The translations under genes were made by a program, and so were the position numbers. The notes beneath the pieces are model-generated. The model searched no databases, was not told where the DNA came from, and worked only from the letters and a program-made list of their open reading frames with translations. From Nitrosarchaeum sp. (GTDB taxonomy: Archaea; Thermoproteota; Nitrososphaeria; Nitrososphaerales; Nitrosopumilaceae): a DNA stretch of 64,000 nt. Positions 29,254-37,736 of this stretch are shown here, one piece after another; positions within the stretch are counted from its first letter, which is position 1, and every line of letters starts with the position of its first letter. Location of the stretch: the NCBI GenBank assembly GCA_965223865.1, contig OZ245020.1, positions 32,001 to 96,000 of the forward strand, read 5' to 3'.

Positions 29254-30086
29254 CTCGAATGTTAAAAAAGTCATTGGAAAGCATTCTCTCATCAAAGGAA
29301 AGTGAGGAATTAATTTCTGCCTTTGATCAGATTGGAGATATAATTATTGTTAGAATCCCTGATTCATTATTACCAAAGAAAAAACTCATTGGAGAAACAC
29401 TCCTAAAAGAAGTAAAAATAGCAAAGAGTGTGTTTTATCAGGCATCTGCCGTAGAAGGGAATTTTCGTACAAGAAATTTAGAGATTCTAGCAGGAGAAGA
29501 TAATACAGAAACTGAATACAAAGAATTTGGTTGTAAATTTAGAGTAGATGTGAAAAACGCCTTTTTTTCTCCAAGATTATCTACAGAAAGAGAAAGAATT
29601 GCAAACTTGGTGAAGGATGGAGAGATAGTGGTTAATATGTTTGCAGGAGTTGGAATGTTTTCCATAATGGCTGCAAAGAAAAAAAAATGTACAGTTTACA
29701 GTATTGATATCAATCCCATTGCATCAAAACTTTGTGAAAAAAACATATCATCTAACAAGTTGCAAGGAAAAGTTATTTCAATAAATGGAGATGCTTCAGA
29801 TATAATAAAAGAACGATTAGAAAATCAATCAGACAGGACACTGATGTTACTTCCTGAAAGATCCGATGAATTTTTGCAATATGCAATTAATACTACAAAA
29901 GATGGTGGAATAATTCATTATTATTCTCATGTTCATGCAGACAAAAAATCTGAATCAGGAAAACTCTCAGAAAAACATTATTTGAAAATGACGCCTGTAA
30001 AGTCTGAGGTGTTAGGATCTAAAATCGTAAGACCTGTGGGACCACGATATTATCAAACAGTTGTAGATGTAAAGATAACAAAGTAA
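29250..30086 (+). CDS. Met-10+/Trm5-Taw2 family tRNA-modifying SAM-dependent enzyme
   Basis: FDQIGDI, FFSPRLSTER, NMFAGVG and DINP motifs. Confidence 0.88.
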   Translation: MTRMLKKSLESILSSKESEELISAFDQIGDIIIVRIPDSLLPKKKLIGETLLKEVKIAKSVFYQASAVEGNFRTRNLEILAGEDNTETEYKEFGCKFRVDVKNAFFSPRLSTERERIANLVKDGEIVVNMFAGVGMFSIMAAKKKKCTVYSIDINPIASKLCEKNISSNKLQGKVISINGDASDIIKERLENQSDRTLMLLPERSDEFLQYAINTTKDGGIIHYYSHVHADKKSESGKLSEKHYLKMTPVKSEVLGSKIVRPVGPRYYQTVVDVKITK

Positions 30087-30087
30087 A

Positions 30088-30306
30088 TCAGTCATCGGAA
30101 GAAATTGAGGCAGGAGATGGTTTTGTTGTTGCCATTACATATCCTATCCACGCAATAACACCTAATATTCCCCCAGTAATCATCAAAATCGATAGCTGTA
30201 AAACAATTGGGCTCCATTCTGATAACATTAACAAGTATGCATAAAGGAAGAATCCACCAATACAAAGAACAAAAATGGTAATGCCCATTCCTTTACGCTT
30301 GTCCAT
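30088..30306 (-). CDS. Small two-TM archaeal membrane protein
   Basis: Two hydrophobic stretches and a WIGYVMATTKP end. Confidence 0.7.
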   Translation of the reverse strand: MDKRKGMGITIFVLCIGGFFLYAYLLMLSEWSPIVLQLSILMITGGILGVIAWIGYVMATTKPSPASISSDD

Positions 30307-30344
30307 GGCGGGAAGGTTTTTCGTGAGTTATTTATTAGTTTGAA

Positions 30345-30842
30345 CTAATTCAATTCTATTGCCATCAAATATGCATCCTCGCCATCACGATAGTATGCAT
30401 TAAGTTGTTGTCTTATTACAAAACCAAGTTTTTCATATAATCTTACAGCATCGATATTTGAGCAGCGAACTTCCAAGTAGAACTCATCACATTTCTTTAT
30501 TCTGACTCCATTAATTGATTCTTCAACAAGTGCTTTTCCAATTCCTTTTTTTCTATATTCATCAAGAACTGCGACTGAAACTACATGGCCTTTTTTTACA
30601 AAACCTAATTTTTTAAAATTTGAAAATCCATATTCGGTTTTGCACATAATATAGCCAACATGCTTTCCTCCAATTTCTGCAACAAGAAATGCTTCTGGGA
30701 TTTCTGCAAGTAGACTTTCATAGAAATAATCAGAGTAGTGTTCAGGAAGTGTTTTCAAATTTATCTCCATGACTGAAATAAGATCGCTCGGTTCCGCTCT
30801 GCGAAGGACACAATCACCAAGCTGTCTCAAAATCACTTGCAT
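30345..30842 (-). CDS. N-terminal protein acetyltransferase (Ard1/RimI family)
   Basis: LPEHY, GHVVSVAV, YRKKGIG, LEVRCSN and YYRDGEDA motifs. Confidence 0.93.
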   Translation of the reverse strand: MQVILRQLGDCVLRRAEPSDLISVMEINLKTLPEHYSDYFYESLLAEIPEAFLVAEIGGKHVGYIMCKTEYGFSNFKKLGFVKKGHVVSVAVLDEYRKKGIGKALVEESINGVRIKKCDEFYLEVRCSNIDAVRLYEKLGFVIRQQLNAYYRDGEDAYLMAIELN

Positions 30843-30881
30843 GGATAGTATAGACTCATCTCAATATTTAATTTTTAGATC

Positions 30882-31262
30882 CTAAGAAAATGGAGTATCA
30901 GGAAAATATTTGTCCCTCCATTTCATTAATTGATTAAAAATTTCAAGATAGTTTTCAGATTTTGTTGTAACGTGGACATGTGCATCAAATTCTTCACAAT
31001 GACCTTCAAAAATCATAGTACTCTGTCTCTTAAATTGTGGAATAGTAAGTCCAACTTTTTTTATTGAATCAAATACATAATTATCTATTTTTACGGTTTT
31101 GTTTTTAACTGTAATCTCCTTTTTTTCTTTGTTTTTGTTGACATCATCTTCAATCTTTTCTTTTCTAGATAAACTCCATTTTGGAGTTTCAGGAGGCCAA
31201 TGATGAATGTATACTTTTTCTGCAAAAAAATTTATTTGATCAAAGGGAAGTTCCTCAGACAA
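30882..31262 (-). CDS. Hypothetical protein
   Basis: Clean 126-aa ORF co-oriented with the acetyltransferase gene. Confidence 0.65.
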   Translation of the reverse strand: MSEELPFDQINFFAEKVYIHHWPPETPKWSLSRKEKIEDDVNKNKEKKEITVKNKTVKIDNYVFDSIKKVGLTIPQFKRQSTMIFEGHCEEFDAHVHVTTKSENYLEIFNQLMKWRDKYFPDTPFS

Positions 31263-31500
31263 TAACCATTAGGTATCACCTTAACTTAAGAGTGTTAAAG
31301 AAAAACCATAAAATTCAAATTATTTTCAATTGTTGTTTTATTTAGCTGCTTAACTCTATTAGCAAATTTACTTTTTGAGAGATATTGTTTATTCATTTAA
31401 GATTGTATGGTTCCTTTTTATCTGGTTTTATTGGACATTAATCCTGAAATATAAAATCAACCACAAAACCATTTAATGGAAACAACAGGGTTAAATTAGA

Positions 31501-32598
31501 ATGAGTGATCCCTATCAAGAAGAAGTTATTTCTCTGGTAAATTCGTTGTTTGAGGTTACTCAATTCAACAAAGGTTTGTATTCTTTAGAATTTCGAATTG
31601 AAGATTTGGATTTTAAAGGAAAATTTGAACATCTCGCTCGTGAGTTAGAATCAATGAATTATGTTTGCAAGCTTGAATTATTGAATAATGAAAAATATCT
31701 TATTATTCAGAGATTTGCTCCAAAAAAACAAAGAAAATGGCTAAGTACTGCATGGACACCAAGAATTCTCTTTGGAATAGTAATTACATTTGTAATGATT
31801 GATGGATATTACAGAACAGCAGGCACCAATTCCATCATCAATATTGGGGATCCATTAGAGATGGCAGGAATCTATACTCTATCTTTATTGGGTATTTTAG
31901 GAATTCATGAGCTTGGTCATATTATTGCAGCAAGAATTCACAGATTAAAAACCACATGGCCATATTTTATTCCAGGTTTACCAGTAATTGGGATTCCCAC
32001 ATTTGGGGCATTTATACAATCAAGAGGTTTGACAATTAATCGAGAAATTTTATTTGATGTAGCTATCGCTGGACCAATTGCGGGTCTTGTTATTGCTATT
32101 ATTGTTTCAATTTATGGGGCATATACTGCTCCAATTTTAGAAGAAGATGTTGCAAGAGGCTTGTTTGCAGAATCAAGGTTGATTGAATGGAATCAAGGAG
32201 AACCACTTCTTATGACTGCAAGTTTAGCTATGTTTGGAAAAGGTGAGGAAGGTCATGAGGTGATAATGACTCCTGTTTTATTTGCAGCATGGATTGGATT
32301 TTTAATTACATTTCTTAATTTACTTCCAGCATGGCAACTTGATGGTGGTCATATGGCAAGAACACTTCTTGGTCCGAAATTACATAGATATGCAACTTTT
32401 GGAAGTATGGCGATTCTAGTTCTGCTAGGTTATTGGTTAATGGCAATGTTGATTCTAGTATTAAGTACAAGAAATCCAAGTGCAAACCCTCTAGATGACG
32501 TATCACCATTATCAAAAAATCGGAAAATAGTATATATTGGAATTATAATACTTGCATTTTTATGTGCACCACTACCATCTAACTTTTTACCTCAATAA
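31501..32598 (+). CDS. Site-2 protease (peptidase M50)
   Basis: HELGH, AIAGP and NLLPAWQLDGGH motifs. Confidence 0.93.
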   Translation: MSDPYQEEVISLVNSLFEVTQFNKGLYSLEFRIEDLDFKGKFEHLARELESMNYVCKLELLNNEKYLIIQRFAPKKQRKWLSTAWTPRILFGIVITFVMIDGYYRTAGTNSIINIGDPLEMAGIYTLSLLGILGIHELGHIIAARIHRLKTTWPYFIPGLPVIGIPTFGAFIQSRGLTINREILFDVAIAGPIAGLVIAIIVSIYGAYTAPILEEDVARGLFAESRLIEWNQGEPLLMTASLAMFGKGEEGHEVIMTPVLFAAWIGFLITFLNLLPAWQLDGGHMARTLLGPKLHRYATFGSMAILVLLGYWLMAMLILVLSTRNPSANPLDDVSPLSKNRKIVYIGIIILAFLCAPLPSNFLPQ

Positions 32599-33669
32599 CA
32601 ATCGTCCACCATCAGTCACAACAGCAACTTTTTGTTTTAGACCTTGTGTTTTTAGAATATAGTCCATAGCATGTTTTATGCCAGAAAGAGAAATGATGTT
32701 TAATTTTTTTGCATAAAATTCTGGAAGAATTGAAATTAATCCAATTTGAAATTTCTTTTGAATTTCTGACAAGAACAACAAATCTTCCATGCCACTAACA
32801 TATTTTGTAGGGTTTCTTAATTGTTCAATACTTAATCTACCTTCAATGTATTGTTGAATTGCCTCTGAACCCAACCCTGCCTTGCATTCTGCAACAAGAA
32901 CAGCAAGGCCCTCTTTTTTAATTGCTCCAGCACAATTCCAGAGAGAAGAAAGAGACTTTCCCAGATTATCATTGCTTGCATCCTTTCCTGTGCTAATTAT
33001 CATTGATTTGTGCTCTCCAACATCTTTGATTCCAAATGATTCTAGAGTTTTTGTAACAATAGCTGTTTGTGATGGATGGCCAATTGTAAAATCAACAATA
33101 CCCTTTGAATTTGCAATAATTTCTATTCCTTGAATTTCAAAATTGTCTACAAATTTTTTTGCTTCATCAAAACTTTTAGTTGGTTGTCCTGGTGAAGGAA
33201 GGTTTTCTTTTCTATTGGCATATGCTGATAGCATATAATCCTGACCAAATTTTTTGATAAGACGTGTAGCAATTGTTTCATAGCCGAAAAGACCATCAAA
33301 TTCAACTTCGCCCAAAAAGACCAAATTAGAATTTGAAAGGTTTGCATTATCAAATTCATTGATAGAACTACCTTCGGGTAAACCGCCCTTTATCAAATTT
33401 ATGATTTTTTTCTCTGCAAAAATCTTTGGAAATGGTTTTGATTTTTGTTCACATATTGTAAATAAAGATGAAATGATTTTTTGAACAGATTTTGAATTGT
33501 GTAAAACAACCAATTCCATTTGTTTGTTAAAATCAATAGAATTAATCTTCTCATTGATCTTATCATCTTCAAGAGTTTTACTATCAGAATCAATTTTCTG
33601 GTCCAGATTCTCTGCTTTTATGTCCAAAACAACCTCAGTAATACCATAATTTAACCAAATTTCAGGCAT
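32587..33669 (-). CDS. LarA/DUF2088-like protein, degenerate
   Basis: EIWLNYG start, GLFGY and LVAECKAGLGS segments recall the lactate racemase fold; catalytic motifs not recognisable. Confidence 0.6.
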   Translation of the reverse strand: MPEIWLNYGITEVVLDIKAENLDQKIDSDSKTLEDDKINEKINSIDFNKQMELVVLHNSKSVQKIISSLFTICEQKSKPFPKIFAEKKIINLIKGGLPEGSSINEFDNANLSNSNLVFLGEVEFDGLFGYETIATRLIKKFGQDYMLSAYANRKENLPSPGQPTKSFDEAKKFVDNFEIQGIEIIANSKGIVDFTIGHPSQTAIVTKTLESFGIKDVGEHKSMIISTGKDASNDNLGKSLSSLWNCAGAIKKEGLAVLVAECKAGLGSEAIQQYIEGRLSIEQLRNPTKYVSGMEDLLFLSEIQKKFQIGLISILPEFYAKKLNIISLSGIKHAMDYILKTQGLKQKVAVVTDGGRLLLR

Positions 33670-33719
33670 GATTCATAGTCAATACAAACCAAAATAAATC
33701 CAGTGTAGTTAATTTTGAT

Positions 33720-34325
33720 ATGGAATTTGTGAAAGAGTTTGCAATGTTTTTGCATCAAAATAAAATTATTAAATTTGGAGATTTTACTCTGGCAAGTGGC
33801 AAAAAAAGCTCATACTATGTTGATTTAAGGCTAGTTCCTAGCTTTCCCCACGAATTTAGAACAATGATCAAGTTTCTTCAAAATGATATTACAGAAAGAA
33901 TAGGATTAGACAATTTTGATTCGATAGTATCTGTTCCTACAGGAGGTTTAGTTATAGCTTCAGCACTTGCAATTGAGACAATAAAACCACTAATCTATGT
34001 TAGGAGTAAACCAAAAGATTATGGTACATCAAAGTCAGTAGAGGGTAAAATCCAGGAAGGAATGAAAGTGCTTATGATAGATGATGTGGCAACGACTGGG
34101 GGTTCGGTTTTAAATGCAATAAAATCCCTTAAAGAAGCAAAAATCAATGTTAAAGATGCATATGTAATTGTAAACAGAATGGAAGGTGCAGATAAAGCTC
34201 TTAAAGAACAAGGAGTAAATCTACACTCTATTTCAAATGTAATACAAATCACTCAAGCACTTTATGATCAGAATCTTGTTGATGATAAAGTATTACAAAA
34301 AGTGAAAAACCAAATAGGAAATTAA
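33720..34325 (+). CDS. pyrE: Orotate phosphoribosyltransferase
   Basis: FGDFTLASGKKSSYYVD and IDDVATTGGS PRPP motif. Confidence 0.96.
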   Translation: MEFVKEFAMFLHQNKIIKFGDFTLASGKKSSYYVDLRLVPSFPHEFRTMIKFLQNDITERIGLDNFDSIVSVPTGGLVIASALAIETIKPLIYVRSKPKDYGTSKSVEGKIQEGMKVLMIDDVATTGGSVLNAIKSLKEAKINVKDAYVIVNRMEGADKALKEQGVNLHSISNVIQITQALYDQNLVDDKVLQKVKNQIGN

Positions 34326-34436
34326 TTTAGGCAGCTCAGACAAATGCCTTCACATCATCTTTCAGATATAACTCTGATTCTTCATTGCAGCCAGTGAATT
34401 TTGGCTTTGCTCATTTTAAAACTAATGGGAATGATA

Positions 34437-34510
34437 TGGGCCCAAAGGGCTTCGATCCCTTGGCTCACCGGTTATGAGCCGGTTACTCTACCAAGCTGAG
34501 TTATGGGCCC
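34437..34510 (-). tRNA. tRNA with CAT anticodon, most likely tRNA-Ile2 (agmatidine) rather than Met
   Basis: ACCGG-CT CAT AA-CCGGT anticodon arm; GGGCCC acceptor typical of archaeal Ile tRNAs; T-loop ATCGAAG. Confidence 0.85.
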
Positions 34511-34551
34511 TAAGCAGATAAAATTTTTCTGGGCTATAAAATGTTGTGAGC

Positions 34552-35184
34552 TTAACAGTATGCTTCATAACAACTATCAAGCAACAAGTTTTGTGCAGAA
34601 ATGGATTTATCTGCAATTTTAATTAAGTTGTTTTTATCAGTAGATGTATTCTCTAGAATGTGTCTCCATGCTGCAGCATGTCTAATGTCTGCTTCTGTAT
34701 GAAGTTTGAAATATTCTGTAGCATCTTCACTTGAAATGCCATAAAATTTAGCTAGTCCTTCTAGTTTTGTTTGACTAATTTTAGGAATTTCTTTTTCAAA
34801 TGCATACATTGCGCAGGAACCACCTTCATATGTATTCATTAATTCTGACAAGTTAGATACTGCTTGTTGTGTTTTTGAAAGACCCTCATATTGCAATAAC
34901 TCATCTTCTGACACTCCAAGTGAACCAGCAAATTTTATCCAGGGTTGAATATGATCAGATTCTTCTTTTTTGTTTGATACTAATTCGTTGATTTCTGAAT
35001 CTGGTGCTTTTTCAATTATAGGAGTCATAAATTCAGGAACTGCTTTAACAAGCTGAAAATATTCTTTTGAATATCCAATTAAAGATTCAAGAGTTAATTT
35101 TCCATCAGACCACATTTCGTAAAAAGGGTGTTTGAGTAAACTTCTTTCTTCTATCATTTGATCAATTTGTTTTATTAGATTCAT
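34552..35184 (-). CDS. CADD/PqqC-like heme-oxygenase-like dimetal enzyme (candidate p-aminobenzoate synthase)
   Basis: LLKHPFY..W..G.L, EE.DH..W, YAFE..IP.I...K and YF.LH..AD..H pattern. Confidence 0.8.
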   Translation of the reverse strand: MNLIKQIDQMIEERSLLKHPFYEMWSDGKLTLESLIGYSKEYFQLVKAVPEFMTPIIEKAPDSEINELVSNKKEESDHIQPWIKFAGSLGVSEDELLQYEGLSKTQQAVSNLSELMNTYEGGSCAMYAFEKEIPKISQTKLEGLAKFYGISSEDATEYFKLHTEADIRHAAAWRHILENTSTDKNNLIKIADKSISAQNLLLDSCYEAYC

Positions 35185-35263
35185 GTCACAACTCCTTATC
35201 AGCCAATAAAAAATCTTTGTGGTTTACAAAAGATTTTATGGACAAAATATAGAATTTGATTGG

Positions 35264-35357
35264 GTTCCAGTGGTGTAGACCGGTCAAGCATACTGCCCTT
35301 TCAAGGCAGTGATCCCGGGTTCAAAATCTAACGATGAAAATCCCGGCTGGAGCACCA
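35264..35357 (+). tRNA. tRNA-Glu(TTC) with a 15-nt non-canonical intron at 59/60 (35326-35340) and encoded CCA
   Basis: CTGCC-CT TTC AA-GGCAG anticodon arm; T arm CCGGG TTCAAA[ATCTAACGATGAAAA]T CCCGG forming a bulge-helix-bulge. Confidence 0.92.
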
Positions 35358-35398
35358 AGATTTAATTACTAATAACAAAGTTTTTTGAATAGGCTATC

Positions 35399-36250
35399 TT
35401 GGACAGGAAAAATATAGAGATTAATCCTTTACTTGAAACCTATGGAAATTACATTAGGCAAATTGATCAGGCATTAGATAAGGAATTATCATTATATTCA
35501 GAATCAGAGTTTATTGAGCCAGTAAAGTATTCCTTGGATGGAGGAAAAAGGATCAGACCAATAATTTTAGTTCTTGCAGCAGAAAGTGTTGGAAAGATAG
35601 ATGAAAATACATTAGCAGCATCATGCGCAATAGAATTTTTGCATATGGAGTCAATTATCCATGATGACATTATTGATAATGAGACAATGCGAAGACAAAA
35701 AGATCCATTTCACATAAAATATGGGTACAATACTAGCATACTAACAGGAGATTTTGTTTTAGGGCTAATTCTTGCAATTTCATCAAGACTAAATAATGCT
35801 AGAATTACAAAAGACTTGGCAACAACTGCCATGTTAATGAGTGAAGGAGAGATGATTGAAGGCAGGCTGGAGTCAAGTGAAGATGTAACTTTTGATGATT
35901 ATCTCAAAGTAATTGAATATAAAACTGCAACTGCTTTTGAGGTTGCAGCAAGGATTGGTGCAATTATTGCAAATGGCACAGAAGAGCAAATTGAAGCTCT
36001 AACAGAATATGGTAGAAATATTGGAATTGCTTATCAAATTAGAGATGATTTGCTTGACTGGAAAAATGAAGACAAGTTGTTTAATTTTCTAATAAAGAAG
36101 AGTTCTGATCCGCGAGATGTTTTTAACAAGATGGAAGATCTTTTAAAAGAATACTCAGAGAAAGCAAGAGCAGCATTAAGAAAAATTCCAGACACTGAAT
36201 CCAAAATAAATCTAGAAAATCTGATTAAATTTACAAACTTTAAGGCATAA
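35399..36250 (+). CDS. Second trans-polyprenyl diphosphate synthase (probably medium-chain)
   Basis: GGKRIRP, ESIIHDDIID, YKTA and YQIRDDLLD motifs. Confidence 0.88.
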   Translation: MDRKNIEINPLLETYGNYIRQIDQALDKELSLYSESEFIEPVKYSLDGGKRIRPIILVLAAESVGKIDENTLAASCAIEFLHMESIIHDDIIDNETMRRQKDPFHIKYGYNTSILTGDFVLGLILAISSRLNNARITKDLATTAMLMSEGEMIEGRLESSEDVTFDDYLKVIEYKTATAFEVAARIGAIIANGTEEQIEALTEYGRNIGIAYQIRDDLLDWKNEDKLFNFLIKKSSDPRDVFNKMEDLLKEYSEKARAALRKIPDTESKINLENLIKFTNFKA

Positions 36251-37724
36251 CGCCTAAACTAATTGTTGGTGAAGCCATTTCAACGAATTTAATAATTGGG
36301 TCTGGATATACACCTAGTGCAACCATAAATATTATTGAGAATACCATTACTGCAATTACTGATTTTGGTTCTGAAACTCTTTTTTCAGTTTCTCCTTCAA
36401 AATACATTTTTCTCATAATCCAACCATAGTAAGCTAATGATAAAGCACTGTTAAGAACTCCTGCAATTGCAAGCCATGGTGCCCATGATAAAGCAGAGCT
36501 AGCATCTAATGCACCACCAAAGAGCATAAGTTTACTCCAGAATCCATTAAGTGGAGGAACACCTGCAAGTGCCAAAAGTGAGATTACTAATCCAAGTGAA
36601 GTGATTGGCATTCTTCTTCCTAATCCTTTTAGTTTGTCAAGGTTAGTTACAGCCAAAGTTGTAACAATACCACCTACTGCAATGAATGCAGCGCCTTTCA
36701 TTACGGCGTGATTGAGAACATGATACATTGATCCCTGTATTCCCATAGTAGAGAAAGGTGCAACAGCAAGGCCAATCAAAATGTATCCGGCATGCCCAAT
36801 ACTAGAGTAGGCAAGCATTCTTGATAGATTCTTTTGCATGATTGCTGCTATATTACCAATTGTCATTGTCATTATGGCAATGATTCCTAACGCTAGAGTC
36901 CAGTCTAGATTTAGTGCAACCATTCCTAGGACGATTATTCTAATTGCTGCTGCAAATCCTGCTTTCTTTGTACCGGCTGCAAGGAGGGTAGTGATAGGAG
37001 ATGGGGCTCCTTCATATGTATCTGGTAGCCACATATGGAATGGAACCAATCCCATCTTGAATCCAAAACCTGCAATAAACATTCCAACTGATAGTAATGC
37101 AATTGGAAGCAAAGATGGATCAAGTGTGGAATATCCTTGAATTACCTCACCGATATTAGTAGAGCCAGTTAATCCATATGATAATGAAATGCCATAAACA
37201 ATTATCGCAGAAGATAATGCTCCAAACAAGAAGTACTTTAATGCTGCTTCATTTGAGCTTGGATTCTTTTTCATAAATCCAGCAAGTACATACGTTGGAA
37301 TACTCATCAACTCCCAGGCAACAAACAACATTACAAGGTCAGTGGAATATGCAACAAGCACCATTCCGATTGTTGAAAGTAGAATCAGCGAATAGTATAC
37401 AGCAGGATGATTTTGCTTTCGCATATAATTAAAGGAACCAACCGTTGTGAATATTGCAACAATCAACATTGCTATTGCAAAGAATCCTCCAAAGGTGTCA
37501 TCGACTAGTACATCTTCAGAGAATAATGCTGAAGGTAAAATATGCTCAGTTGTTAATTGGTATGCGACGTATCCAATAGAAACTATTAAAGCTGCAAATG
37601 CAATTACTGCATAAAATGAGTTAGAACCCTTTTCTTTTCTTGCAATACTAATAATTGGTAATATGACTCCAATCACACCAAGGATTGCAACTATGACTAG
37701 TGGGGTTGAGCTAATTTCCAACAT
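36240..37724 (-). CDS. nuoN: Complex I subunit N
   Basis: EAALKYF, GFKMGLVPFHMWLPDTYEGAP and RMLAYSSIGH. Confidence 0.95.
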   Translation of the reverse strand: MLEISSTPLVIVAILGVIGVILPIISIARKEKGSNSFYAVIAFAALIVSIGYVAYQLTTEHILPSALFSEDVLVDDTFGGFFAIAMLIVAIFTTVGSFNYMRKQNHPAVYYSLILLSTIGMVLVAYSTDLVMLFVAWELMSIPTYVLAGFMKKNPSSNEAALKYFLFGALSSAIIVYGISLSYGLTGSTNIGEVIQGYSTLDPSLLPIALLSVGMFIAGFGFKMGLVPFHMWLPDTYEGAPSPITTLLAAGTKKAGFAAAIRIIVLGMVALNLDWTLALGIIAIMTMTIGNIAAIMQKNLSRMLAYSSIGHAGYILIGLAVAPFSTMGIQGSMYHVLNHAVMKGAAFIAVGGIVTTLAVTNLDKLKGLGRRMPITSLGLVISLLALAGVPPLNGFWSKLMLFGGALDASSALSWAPWLAIAGVLNSALSLAYYGWIMRKMYFEGETEKRVSEPKSVIAVMVFSIIFMVALGVYPDPIIKFVEMASPTISLGVMP

Positions 37725-37736
37725 CTCATCATCCTC

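Noticed and set aside
31263-31500. 33-aa minus-strand ORF MNKQYLSKSK... in the spacer
   Set aside because: Composition typical of random AT-rich sequence; no motif
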